From Octopus sinensis (lineage: Eukaryota): DNA of 64,000 nt. Below the pieces are notes generated by a model. It did not search any database and was not told where the DNA came from. It saw only the letters and a list, made by a program, of their open reading frames with translations. The DNA is taken from the NCBI RefSeq assembly GCF_006345805.1, contig NC_042999.1:152024001-152088000 (forward strand). Reading direction: 5' to 3'. The position numbers and the translations under genes were made by a program. Position 1 is the first letter of the stretch, and every line of letters begins with the position of its first letter. This document shows, piece by piece, positions 25,196 to 37,561 of the stretch.

Positions 25196-25237
<42 letters not shown>

Positions 25238-25568
25238 CATCAACAGAGGAGTCCAGTGTAATCCATGGGCAGGAGAAGTGCAGTTGAAGTGTACGAGAGT
25301 AGAAAGTCCAGGTAGAGAATCCGTTAAAGTTCGTTGGGTGATGAGAGGAGACAGGATCAACTGATGCGACCACGTGAGCGTGTAATATATGGGAAGAATT
25401 CACAAAAAAAAAAAAAGACGAAGACAGGTGGTGTAGGCAACAAACAGATGTATTAGCTTAAATTTCGGGAAGTGAAAAAGTCTTTAACGTTTCGAGCGTT
25501 TTATTATGGCAACCGAATAATTGTCACATATATACACGCACACACTCTCATACAAAGCGAGTTTCTGC

Positions 25569-25605
<37 letters not shown>

Positions 25606-26479
25606 CACACACACACACACTCTCATACAAAGCGAGTTTCTGCACAGTTTCCGTTTACCAAATTCACCCACAAGGTATTGGTCAGTTTAGGCTATGGTAA
25701 AAAAAAAAAAAAAAGACTAGCCCGGGGTGCCACGCAGTGGGACTGAACTAGAGGTCTCATGGCTGCAAAGCAACCTTCTTAACCACAAACACGTGCTTGT
25801 GTGTGTGTGTGTGCGTGTATACATACATAAACTCTGCTGCTATTATTTTGTCGTTTCATGTTATATTGATGAAACCAATCCTTTCAGCTGTTCTGATTAT
25901 CATTATCCTGTTGTAAAGTGATCCCTGTCATTAATCTAACGTTCAGCGGTTTGGTGTGAGATGTCTTCTACACTTTTAAACCTCATCATAACGACAACGA
26001 CAGCAACAACAACCAGTTATATTATACTTCCGAACTAAACTGTTGCTGCTGTACCACCGTCGCCACCACCACCACTACCCCTATCACTACTACTACTATA
26101 GATGTTAGAGCAAATTATGATACTAGGATGAATGGAGTAAGGTAATAAAAAGCAAACCGAATCAGTAAGTCTGTTATACAATTGTATCGACTCCTCCTCC
26201 TCCACCGCAGGAGGGATGAAGAGTAAAGTCGAACCTGATGGGGGTTTGAACTCAGAGTATAATTTCAATGTAGTCGTAGGTAAAAGCGTGGTTCAGAAGT
26301 TTGCCGCTACGTGGCTTCGAGTTCGATCTCACCGTGTGACATCACTTCGCCTCAAATGTAAAATTTGGTAGACGGCATCATTATGGAATTATCCGTATTC
26401 TTGACTTAATCCGTCAGCCACCCGGTTTTAAAACCGACAACCTGGTTCTTGTTACAGACAATCCGCCAGGTCAGTTGTT

Positions 26480-26930
26480 TGACGTTAACCAGTTGAGCAT
26501 GTCCTTTCGTGTCTGACGATATGTGCATCTTTGATCATGAGCAGAAGTAGTGGGGAAGCATCATAGCTTAGTATTGAGAGGAATTCTTTGTGGTTTGGAT
26601 AATTCACCTTTGGAAACTTGGATGTTTCGTTCAACATCCGTAAACAACCCTTTTTCAAGGACCTTTTGAACAGGAGAGGATTCTGGACCTGAAGAAAATT
26701 CTAACCGGGCTCCACCTCCAAGGTCATGCGCTGTTTATCTTGATATGAGATCACCATGTTGCGCACATATAGTTGTGATGCATGTGTCTGATGTACCCTT
26801 ATCAGACGGGTAGTTATGATGGGTATACTGGGCTTCGTATATCTTAACCCTGTGTCAATTTGATGGCATGTACTGCTCTCTCACCCAATAATAATAATAA
26901 TAATAATAATGATAATAATAATAATAATAA
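26480..26930 (+). mobile_element. Retroposon 3' region ending in (AAT)n tail (family unassigned)
   Basis: GC-richer block ending CTGCTCTCTCACCC-(AAT)n. Confidence 0.45.
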
Positions 26931-27076
26931 TCCTTTCTATTATAGGCACATGGTTCGAAATTTTGGTGGGAGGTAGAAAGTCGGAATTTGAACTCAGAAC
27001 GTTACTCCGGGAGAAATGCCGCAAAACATTTGTCCGGCTTGCTAACGGTTCTTTTCAAGTGGAAGTTAGTGTAACC

Positions 27077-27335
27077 CAGTTGTCCTCAACCATTTTTTTT
27101 TGCTTGTGGACTCTCTGTGATTCCTATTTTACTTAGCTGGACCCACATAGCCATTCGATGTTTGAAAAATCCTATTATATTTTTATGCTTAAATATTAAG
27201 AATTGTATAAAAAATTGTTTAAAATATTTTGTTTATCATAGAAGTATTTCCAGTCTGTTGGACATAGAATTTAACAACAAAATCTTATGTGGATCCCATC
27301 TCCAAGGGTCATATGTACCCGGTTGAAGACCACTT
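27077..27335. mobile_element. hAT-type MITE
   Basis: CAGTTGTCCTCAACC...GGTTGAAGACCACTT; TSD GTGTAACC/GTGTAAAT. Confidence 0.6.
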
Positions 27336-28701
27336 GTGTAAATGGAAGCGAATGCAGAAATGGACAAAAAAATTGGCTTTAGAAACATCCATTTGAACCA
27401 ATTTTCTGCAAAAGCAAAAGTTCCAGTATGGAAAGTGAGATACTTCTTTATAAGTTAAAGAAGTTAGCCCAGTTTGTATATTTTCTGAACAAATAGTTCA
27501 CTCCCCGTCATTAATCAGATAACAATAATTATGTTTTGATTTTGATGAAGCACGGACATTTTTTTAAATAAGTAAACTGAAGGCAATGGAGGCCTTGTCT
27601 CTTTGTTTTAGTATTTTTAATGTAGAAACAGTTGTCAGTAAAACTTAAAAAAAAAAAAAAAAGCTCAGTCCCACTACGTGGCCCCTTGGGCAAGTGTCTT
27701 CTGTTATAGCCACGGGCTGACCAAAGCTTGTGAATGGATTTGGTTGTCGGAAACCGAAAGTGTTGGTGTGTTTACGTCCTCGTAATGTAGCGGTTCGGCA
27801 AAATATCCTTATAGAGTAAGCACCAGGTAATTAATAAAAGTACTGGGGTCGATTCGTTCAACTAAAAATTGTTCAAGGCGGTGCCCCAGTGTGGCCGCAG
27901 TCTAATGACTGAAACAAATAAAAGATAAAATAAATATGTAAAGATATTTAGTGCATTATCATTTGTTGGTAAGAACCATAATGGTGAGTGTATCTCTTAC
28001 CTATGTAAAAATTGTATATTATTAGGTTGGTTTAGTATACCCGCCCTAATAATGGGGTGTTGTTAGTCATCTGCCCAACAAGATGAAAAAAAAAATAACT
28101 AAATGAATAAAACAAGAAAAAGAAGTGTGTCTGAATAATTGAGGCGTTGGCTAAGATGACATATGAAACGACCCCAATATTATATTCCTTCCTGTGCAGC
28201 CCGACAATTGATGATGCCTGTGGTCCAATTGTGAGAAGAGCCCTTTAACAATAAGATGGATGTGTACACTAATAATTTCAGGATGTCAAGTCTGAAATAG
28301 AAGGGCAGAGGTTATGACTTGTGGGTCAGTGTTATTAATACACTTATGGTTAGTTTTGAGTTCTTTGTGATTTCTTAGAGGTAGGCGTGAAAAGGATGAG
28401 AATTTTGAAGTATGCAGTTCCTGAGAATGAAGGATTGGACACAGATGTTTGAAGTAAGGTGTCGTATGAAAAGAGTTATTGCGTGGGTGTCGAGAGGAAG
28501 CGACACACGAGAATCGTTTTTGTTTGTTTATTTGTTGATTGTATATGCGTGGGTTTTTATATATATTAATGTACATCGCTACGGCGCAAATAATCTTCAC
28601 ATAGTGGCCATCCCTTCAAACTATATTTTTTTTCTTTTTGGGATAGTCCCTAGAGAAAAACAGAAAATTTCCTGTTATCTTATAATATTATATTATTTGA
28701 A

Positions 28702-29270
28702 GGCGGCTAGCTGGCAGAAACGTTAGCATGCCAGGCGAAATGCTTAGCTGTATTTCATCTGCCGCTACGTTCTGAGTTAAAATTCTGCTGAGGTCGACTT
28801 TGCCTTTCATCCTTTCGGGGTCGATCAAATAAGGGGTCGATATAATCGACTTAATCCCTTTGTCTGTCCTTGTTTGTCCTCTCTGTGTTTAGCCTCTTGT
28901 GGGTAGTAAAGAAATAGAAATAGGTATTTGTCTGCCGTTACGTTCTGAGTTCAAATTCCGCCGAGGTCGACTTTGCCTTTCATCCTTTCGAGGTCGATAA
29001 ATTAAGTACCAGTTGCGCACTGGGGTCGATGTAATCGACTTGATCCCTTTGTCTGCCCTTGTTTGTCCCCTCTATGTTTAGCCCCCTGTGGGCAATAAAG
29101 GAATAGGTATTTCGTCTGTCTTTACTTTCTGAGTTCAAATTCCACCGAGGTCGACTTTGCCTTTCATCCTTTCGGGGTCGATAAATCGAGTACCAGTTAC
29201 GTACTGAGGTCGATCTAATCGGCTGGTCCCCTCCCCCAACATTTCTGTCCTTGCGCCTAGAGTAGAAAAG
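28702..29270 (+). mobile_element. SINE family A trimer (one head, three body units)
   Basis: Body repeats restart at GGTATTT(C)GTCTG near 28923 and 29106. Confidence 0.88.
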
Positions 29271-30039
29271 AATATTTAATTCTAAAAAGGCGACGTGCTG
29301 GCAGCGTAATTTAAGGCTAAGCCCGCTAAATTCCCAGCTAAATATCGATGCAGTAACTTAGTATTCACGAAACATATTTCACATCAAATATTCCGACTAT
29401 ATCAATATAATACGACTAAATTTTTTATTGTTCTTCGTCAATTTAATTAAGCATTTTCATTAAATTTCTTTAAATATTTGTTTTCAAAATGCGATAGTAA
29501 CACAAAAGAACGAAAGAATTATTGTTTTTAAAACAAGAATTTGTTTTTATTATTTATATACTTTTTAATATAATTTTAGAGATGTACAAGATAAGGATCG
29601 ATAAGTTATAAATGATTCTATGAAGGGGGTCAATGATATTAGGAATTTATCGACCCCTGGGTCATAATATCGATATTATTATATATTTATATTATATTAT
29701 CGTCGTTTGCTCCTCCTCGTTTCCGAGTGTTTCTTTTTTCGTTTGTAGTTCCTCATTTATCTGGGTGCTTCTTGTGGCTGGCAAGGTCAATTTTCGTGAT
29801 ATACTTATACAATAGGTATATTACAGTATTTAATATTATAAGCTATGTAATATGTTTTAATATAATAAGCGCTAAAGAAACCGTGAACTTCGGTGGCCAC
29901 AACCAGACTATAATACTTACTCTGTATCAAGCCACAATGGTTGTATGCTAAGCATTTCAACTTGCACTTTGAAGATCCATTCGAGTTGGGAACTTGTTAA
30001 GTCGGGGATAGTGAATTTTTACTTAAACAGATTTCATTT

Positions 30040-30480
30040 GCTGTACTTGAGTTTTTCAAAACGTCAGGTATCGGGGTAAGAAAAGCAAATATTAGAGAAC
30101 ACCCAGTATTCTCAAGCAAAATCATAAATTTTCTACATCGAAAAGATTGGTCATTTAAACCTCAATTCAGGTCGGTGGCTGTCATTCTGTATGTTGAGAT
30201 AATATGGTTGATGACCGAATTGTAAAGAAAGATCTTGGGATGTTTATAAAGGGAGCGAGCTAACTGAAGTTGAAGATGGATTTTTTCGGATATATTGTCT
30301 TTAGTTAAAGAGTTCCCAAATTACTTTTGAAAAATGAGAATGAGTTAAAATTCGAGAGAGCAACAACCATGCTGTCAAATTGACGTGTTATGAATGAACA
30401 TTTCGCCGTCAGTTTTGGGTGGAGTACGTTTGGGACTATTTAAGATTGAGTGATCATGTCATAAAGAATGTTTGTGTTAT
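30040..30480 (+). mobile_element. Possible highly degenerate Gypsy gag relic
   Basis: Weak KF..R.QQP...FG..L...D..FV-like pattern across frameshifts. Confidence 0.25.
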
Positions 30481-30711
30481 TCATGTGACATCGTTTAACC
30501 TCCATTCTTAATGTGTTTTGATATTATTAAATTTGTTTATAATTTTATTTTAGTCTTTCTATGCCTCTGTTGGTAGTTACAGTAAGCTTAAAATTTTTTG
30601 CACTTTTATAAAATGATAAATCTTCTTTATTGTCGCTCTGTGATTCTCGCTAATTTCAGAAATTTACTCCCCACCCTTTTTTTTTGTCTTTTGCTATTAC
30701 AGGGAAAGTAA

Positions 30712-31118
30712 GGTGCGTGGCCTAGTGGTTAGGGTGTCGCAAACTTGTGGTTTCGATCCCTGGACCTGGTGGTGTGCTGTGTTCTTCAGCAAAACACTTC
30801 ATTTCACGTTGTTCCAGTCCACTCAGTTGGAAATGCGATGGACCAGTGTCCTGTTCGTTGTGATTCGGTCACTTATACACAAGGGTGACCAATTAAGCGG
30901 CCCTATTATAGGGAAGAAAATGTAACACTTTAAATTCGAAAGATTTTGCCAGAATTTATTTTATCACTATTCTGTGTCATGCTGAATCTCCCTGAGAACT
31001 ACTTTAAGAGTACGTGTGTCTGTGGAGTGCTCAGCCAGTTGCACTTTAATTTTACGAACAGGCTGTTCCGTCGATTGGATCAACCAGAACGTTCGTCGTT
31101 GTAACCGACAGAGTGCCA
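30712..31118 (+). mobile_element. SINE family C, interrupted
   Basis: Head GCGTGGCCTAGTGGTTAGGG, tail GTAACCGACAGAGTGCCA. Confidence 0.75.
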
Positions 31119-31190
31119 GTGTAATTTAAGGTTAAAGCTCGCTAAATTCCCAGCTAAATATCGATGCAGTAAGATAAGGAATTATGTACA

Positions 31191-31451
31191 CTATTTACAA
31201 AGAACAGATAGGTGTTCTCACCTTGTTTATTGCTACCCCAACGTTTCAACTGATGTACTCTCCAGCCTTCATCAGGTGTTCTGATGGAATTTCGAACCCG
31301 ACCCTTTATTTGTCTAATGGGGTACTTTGTTCTCATTCCATTAGTCAAATAAAGGGTTGGGTTCAAAATTGCACCAGAACACCTGATGAATGCCGAAACG
31401 TTGAGGTCACAACAGACAAGGTGAGGACACCTATCCGTCCATTGTAAATAG
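31191..31451. mobile_element. ~260-bp hairpin element with a hammerhead core in each arm (Penelope-like inverted pLTR)
   Basis: Ends CTATTTACAA/TTGTAAATAG. Minus 31235-31280: AACAC-CTGATGA-AGGCTG..CAGTT-GAAA-CG-TT. Plus 31378-31407: AACAC-CTGATGA-ATGCC-GAAA-CG-TT. Confidence 0.8.
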
Positions 31452-31788
31452 GATTTTTATTGTCAACATATTTTCTTCGTTTTGTTATTTTTGTGACAAT
31501 ATGAGGTGGCGAGATGGCGGAATCGTTACCGCGCCGTACGAAATGCTTAGCGGCATTTCTTCCGGGTCTTTACGTTCTGATTTCAAATGCTGCTGAGGTC
31601 AGTTTTGTCTTTCATCATTTCGGGGGTTGATAAAATAAAGTATCAGTCATATCGTGGGGTCAATGTAATCGATTAACCCCTCCTCTTAAAATCGCTGGAC
31701 TTGTGACAAAATTTGAAACCATTATATTTTGTAACAAGATGGGTGGGAATGGATTGGAGAGAATCGTTTGAGCATTGAGCAAAAAATG

Positions 31789-32486
31789 GGATCTTTGTGG
31801 TTTTCGCCACTGTTTACAATTATCTTTTGAAGAATTTTTGATGCTGAATGCGAATTTGCTATTCATTTATTCTAGAAAAATTTGGCAAAAATGTTACAGG
31901 TGTTCAAAGTTTGATAATTTTCAGAATTTTCAGTCAATCAGAAAATAGCACTTTCGCTGCCTCTTCCATCATGGGGGGGGGGGGGGGCATTGGCATGTCA
32001 TAACATTGCTACTTCCCTTGTACTTACACACACATATACTCATACAAAGTTGAAACGCTGTTTGTTTTTTTTTCAGCGTTGAATGTTCACCATCCCACTT
32101 CCATTGCGCACACACCTCTCTTTTACACACACACTCACACAGTTGAAACGCTTCCACTACCAGTTTGCCCTCACCCTTTCCTTCCTTGGTCATGTGTTGT
32201 GACGGAGAAAAACACGAATATTATTATAGTAAGAAAATTATCTTTCTCGTATCTCCTTCTCCTTGTGCGCATGCCCAACATCTTTGGTTACTATGAAAAT
32301 AGAGCTTTTCACCACAGTGATGTGTAAAATACTTGCTTTTTTTTGCAAATTTTGAAGGCTAATAACTTTCTAATTATAGATTTATAAGAAAAATTAATTT
32401 CATTTTCATAATTAGTATACAAAACTCAATCCATTTGAAAACAATTGGAGAAAAATTGTAAACGGTGACAAAAACCACAAAGATCC
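31789..32486. mobile_element. GG...CC MITE, same family as 36531-37115 in opposite orientation
   Basis: TIR GGATCTTTGTGGTTTT..CACTGTTTACAA; TSD C(A)nTG on both sides; shared internal sequence. Confidence 0.8.
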
Positions 32487-32701
32487 CAAAATGTCTTTCA
32501 GAATATGTTCCGCTTTTTAAGGTTCTGATTTCAAATAACACCAAGGTTAACATTGCTTTTCATCCACGGCGGTCGTTAAAATAAAGTAGCAGTCATTTAT
32601 TGAGGATGGGGTCGGTTTAATCAATTAAATCCCGTCCCTAAAATTACTATTTTGTGCGTACATTGAAATAATTATTTTTGTCACAATAAAAGTGCAGTGG
32701 A

Positions 32702-32900
32702 AGGCGGCGAACTGGCAGAATCGTTAGCTTAGCGGCATTTCTTCCGTTCTTAAGTTCTGAGTTCAAATTCCGCCGAGGTCCACTTTGCTTTTCATTCTTT
32801 CGGGGTCGATAAAATAAGTACCAGTTGAGAACTAGGGTCGATATAGTCGACTAACTCCCTTCCTCGAATTTGCTGGCCCTGTGCCAGAATTTGAAACCAA
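32702..32900 (+). mobile_element. SINE family A
   Basis: Head GGCGGCGAACTGGCAGAATCGTTAGC, B box, Meta-like domain. Confidence 0.8.
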
Positions 32901-34215
32901 TATGGGCGCAGTGGACTGGAGAAGAATCGTTCTGAGTTCAAATGCTACTAAGGTCAACTTTGCTTTTCCACTCCCACAAAATAGCGGACGTGGACAGTCA
33001 TATTGTACTGTGTAGAACGATTTAAAAGGCTTAATCTGAGGAAGATTTTACTGTTAGCCTCACATGCCAAAGGATGATATTGAGATCACGTTGGTTTGAT
33101 ATTTGATAGCTGGATTCAAAGTCGAACACATTTTTAATTCGATTCTCATAACTCCATCCCTCTTTATTTTTAAACGAGAGAGTTGGGGATCACCTACTAG
33201 TTCTTGAACTTTCTATTCAGTAGCAAAAGTGATTTGGCGAATTACTAACACCCACTAGCTTTATAAACCTACAGAGATTTGTCCACATTTATTTACAAAA
33301 AATCTCTTTATACACTCCTTACTTATTGCTTGCTAGTTCACTTTCAGCATAGAGCTAGCGCCAGCGCCAAGCCATTCGTACATCACTAATTAGATTAAAT
33401 TGTTGACATCAGATTATTATAACACCGAGTAAAACCTTAATTAGGATATATTTAAAATGATTTACTGGAAGAATCTGATTCAGTGCTATTATTTTCGTTC
33501 TTCTATCGTCTTTTCTTGAATGGACAAAGTGCGTGAAAATAACTACACAATCCTAAAACCAAACACTGAATTACCTTAGCAAGGGTATTTAACAGATTTA
33601 AGTAGCCTCACCGGAAGCAGAGTTCGCGCCTTAACTATTTATTCTCAGCTGAATTAACTACACTATTTGGTAGCATTTTTTATTCATTATTTATTTATTT
33701 ATTTATTTGTTTATTTATTTTCAAATAAATACCACCCTCCGTTTATTTAGATCCTACAGGAATCCAGTTTCTTGCCCTTTTCACAGGATGTGAGGGATGG
33801 GTGGGCTTAATAAAACTGAAAGGGGATGGGTTGGCTCGAAGCTGTTTCTTTTTCTCTGTATTTATTATCTGTCGTCTCTGAATTAATTAGTTTGTTAGAT
33901 TCAAATATAATTATTTCACTGTTTTGTTAGATGATCGATGTTGTACTGTAACTAAACAATATCGGTACTATTTGTTATTATCTATTAATTAATTGCCGAT
34001 TAATTAATCACTGCTGGGGGGGGGGTCAAACAATTCTATAAATTTGTTTTAGACATTTGATATAATTGCCTCCTCGACTGACACACAGGAAGAGGCATGT
34101 TTCATTTTTGGTGCTCGGGAAGTCAAGTTCGTCTCACCGATATCGGTCAATTTCTTACAGGAAGTATTCTTTGATGGTATATTTGTTTTGCTTTATTTCC
34201 CTCTCTGTATGTATG

Positions 34216-34253
<38 letters not shown>

Positions 34254-34504
34254 CACACACACATTTGTGGTTTATGCCCCCTAACCGCTAAAATAAACGG
34301 GTGCACTTCGTCTTCCCACTTACACTCCCTTTCCAGGAAGAATTGCTTGTATGGTTGCCTCCTACTACTTCAATCGTCACTTTATGAACAAGTCAATTTC
34401 ATCTAATAGAAATCAAGTGTTATGGTGTGTTGCTAGCCGAATGATGATGTGCTTATAATATTCATGAATCACATAAACTTTGATTATTTTTATATAAATA
34501 ACGG

Positions 34505-35465
34505 TTTCTGATAGAGGTACAAGGTCATCAATTTTTTTTTTCTTTTTAGGAAGGAGGTTATAAACAAAGTCGACCTCGGCGAAATTTGAACCGAGAATGT
34601 AAAGAGCCGGAACAAATATTGCAAAGCAATTTTTTTTCCGGTGCCCTAACGATCCTGCCAGCTGGCGGTGTGTGTGTGTGTGTGTATATATGCATATATA
34701 TTATATATATGTATCGGTTTCTAATTTAGGCACAAAGCTAGCAGTGTTGAGTTGGGTAGGAATAAATCGATACCAATCAAGTCCAGTATTTGATGTGACC
34801 TTGTACTATCGACTCCCGGAGGGATAAAAGGCAAGGTTAACCCCCGGTGGGTTTTGAACTCAGAACGTAAAAAGCTGGACCAATTGAGGCATTTTTTTTT
34901 TCGATGCATTAAGCTCGCTACTTTTTTATAAATAAAATAGCGTTTTCTGATTTAGATACAAAGCCACCAGTCTTGAGGGATGGGGATTTTTTTTAATTTC
35001 CAGTTTTCCCTGTTAAAGCGGACTGTGAAGTCTTGTATAAAACAAATGGAGAACAAAACCTTTTATTTTGAAAAGAAGAAAAAAGAGAAAGTAAAATAAT
35101 AAAATAACAAAGAAAGAGGAGAAAAGGGTCTAGTCGCTGCCATAGACCCCAGCATTTAACTGGTGCTTTATTTTATCGACCCGTGAAGGAAGAAAGGTAA
35201 AATTGACTACGGTTGGATTTGAACTCCGAACGTAAAGAGCCGGTACAAATATACTAGTGCATTTTCCGACGCTTTAATAATTCTGTCAACTCGAAATAAT
35301 TCTTTCTAATTTTGGTACAAAGCCAGCAATATCAAAAGGAGAAGTCGATGTGATCGACCCTAGAATTCAACTGGTACTTATTATATCAACCCTGGAAGGG
35401 TGAAGAGGATGATAAAATAAGTATGGTGGCATTTGAACTCGGAGCGCCAAGAGCCAGAAGAAATG
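34505..35465 (-). mobile_element. Cluster of ~4-5 diverged SINE family A copies
   Basis: Repeated TTTGAACTC.GAACGTAAAGAGCCGG motifs. Confidence 0.7.
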
Positions 35466-35764
35466 TCCAATAATACAATTCTTCACGTAAAACTTAGTGC
35501 GTGTCTACTGTTATTTCAGAACTACAGATGTCTTAAAACCACTCGCTCTGTTCTCATCTGATCCGAACCGTTTGATATCGAGTGTCAAAGCGTCACAGTA
35601 TTTCAGTTGTCAATGTACTTAGTCAATTAAAGGAGTTTTTTTTTTATCTCGTTTCAGTCATTAGACTGCGGCTATGCTGGGGCAATTCCTTGGTGAATTA
35701 ATCTACCTCAGTACTTACCGATTTTTTTTTTGCCAATCGTGCTACTTATCCTATTGGTCTATTT

Positions 35765-36307
35765 GGAAAGACTTCCGCCCGTCCCCCGCCCCATTTTCTC
35801 TCAAATTTGTTTATTTTTGTAATTTTTTTGCCAAAAGTCCCCGTTTTCGGATACGGAGGTTCGGAAAAATTGCCAAAAATCAGCATTGTGAAATCTCCCC
35901 CCACCTCCCCAACCTCTTCAATTTTGAATTTTCCCCCCAACACTAACCCTAAAACCGTAATCCTTAACCCTTAATCGTAAATACAGAAATATTTTGAAAT
36001 TTTTGTCCGAATCATGATGTCCGTATTTTTCCGCATATTTTGAAAAAGAAAAAAAAAATTGTGAAAAAATGAAGGAAATGGGAGGGAGTGAGTAATTTAG
36101 AAATGTCGATCTTTGCCAATTCCTATTCCCTGTGGCCGAAAAGAATGGGGGTGAGATAACCAATAAGTCCTTAGTAATATTCTGATCCACAGCAATTCAC
36201 CGACTAGTAAACTTCATCCAAAGCTATTCACCGATCTAACAATTTGTGTCGAAAAAAAATATTTTTAAGGGTGGTTTTGGGGGGACGGGACGGGCGGAAG
36301 TCTTGCC
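35765..36307. mobile_element. GG...CC MITE with perfect 8-bp TSD (Merlin-like), inserted in SINE B (35647-36512)
   Basis: TIR GGAAAGACTTCCGCCCGTCCC...GGGACGGGCGGAAGTCTTGCC; TSD GTCTATTT at 35757-35764 and 36308-36315; internal CCCTAA-like repeats. Confidence 0.88.
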
Positions 36308-36530
36308 GTCTATTTTGCCAAACCGCTAAGTTACGGGGACACTCACACACATTCATATGCGTTGGGCTTCTTTCAGTTTCCGTCTACCAAATCCCCTTGC
36401 AAGGCCTGATGCTTTAGTAGAAGACTCCTGCCCAAGGTGCCTCGCAGTGGGACTGAACCCAGAGCCATGTGGTTGGGAAGCAACCTTCTTCCCACTGTCA
36501 CGCCTGCGCCTATAAGTGACGGCATTAGTA

Positions 36531-37115
36531 GGATGTTTGTGGTTTTCGTCACTGTTTACAAATTTGTTCCAGTTGCCTTCACATTTGGTATTTGGATTAA
36601 GTTTTATATACTAATTGTAAATCCTATAAATCCGTAATCAAAAAGTTATTAGCCTTTAAAATTTGCAAAATTTGGATATTTTAGCCAATCAGAAGCGAGT
36701 ATTTTACATATCCCCGTGACGAAAATTTCTATCTCCAAAGTAACCAAAGATGCACCACGCGTTGCGTAGCTGATTGTGTAGAACTGTTTCTATAGTAACC
36801 AAAGATGCTGCGCATGTGCACAAGGAGGTGGAGATACGACGAAGAATTTATTATATAAAATCCTAGTTTAATGTTTTGACATGCCCGTGCCCCATCCCTC
36901 CGATAATGGAAGAAGCAGCGAAGGTGCTATTTTCTGATTGGTTAAAATGATTGATGGAAAATGATCAAGCTTTAAATACCTGTAACATTTTTGCCAAATT
37001 TTCTAGAATAAATGAATAACAAATTCGGATTCAGCGTCAAAAATTACATCTATACGATATATTTAGAACTCATTTTAAAGATAATTGTAAACAGTGACGA
37101 AATATACAAAGATCC
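36531..37115. mobile_element. GG...CC MITE with perfect 8-bp TSD
   Basis: TIR GGATGTTTGT..TTTCGTCACTGTTTACAA; TSD CATTAGTA at 36523-36530 and 37116-37123. Confidence 0.88.
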
Positions 37116-37154
37116 CATTAGTAAAATATATCAGTGTTGTGAAGAGCAAGTGTG

Positions 37155-37561
37155 GGATCTTTTCGGTTTGAACGGCAGTTTTTAAAAATAATTTCCACGT
37201 AACTAAATACTTTTAAACTTCGTATACTGGTAGAATGTGTTTATAAAACATCTTTTTCTCTTGGCTTTATTGAGAAAATTCTATAGTTTGTAAGATATTT
37301 GTTTTTTTTTCTTCAATTTCTGCAATTTCAACCAATCAATGACGTCTATTGAGTTTGAAAAAATTATATGCCGTATGAATATGTCCCTCGTTTAAGAAAC
37401 AGATTGGGTTTATTTACATTTCTGAAGAATAAAAAAAGATACCCTTCCCCCTAACCCTAAACCAGATTGAAATGCAATAGATCGATTCTAGGGTCATAAT
37501 TATGGGTGACAATTTCATATGACACCGCTAGAAAAAACTGCCGTTCAAACCGAAAAGATCC
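37155..37561. mobile_element. GG...CC MITE with 8-bp TSD
   Basis: Perfect TIR GGATCTTTTCGGTTTGAACGGCAGTTTTT; TSD CAAGTGTG/AAAGTGTG; internal CCCTAACCCTAA. Confidence 0.88.

Noticed and set aside
28090-28726. Overlapping 104-aa ORFs and a weak LINE-endonuclease-like start on minus
   Set aside because: No recognisable domain; similarity too weak to call
35943-35975. CCCTAA-like repeats as interstitial telomere
   Set aside because: Short, degenerate and internal to TSD-bounded MITEs
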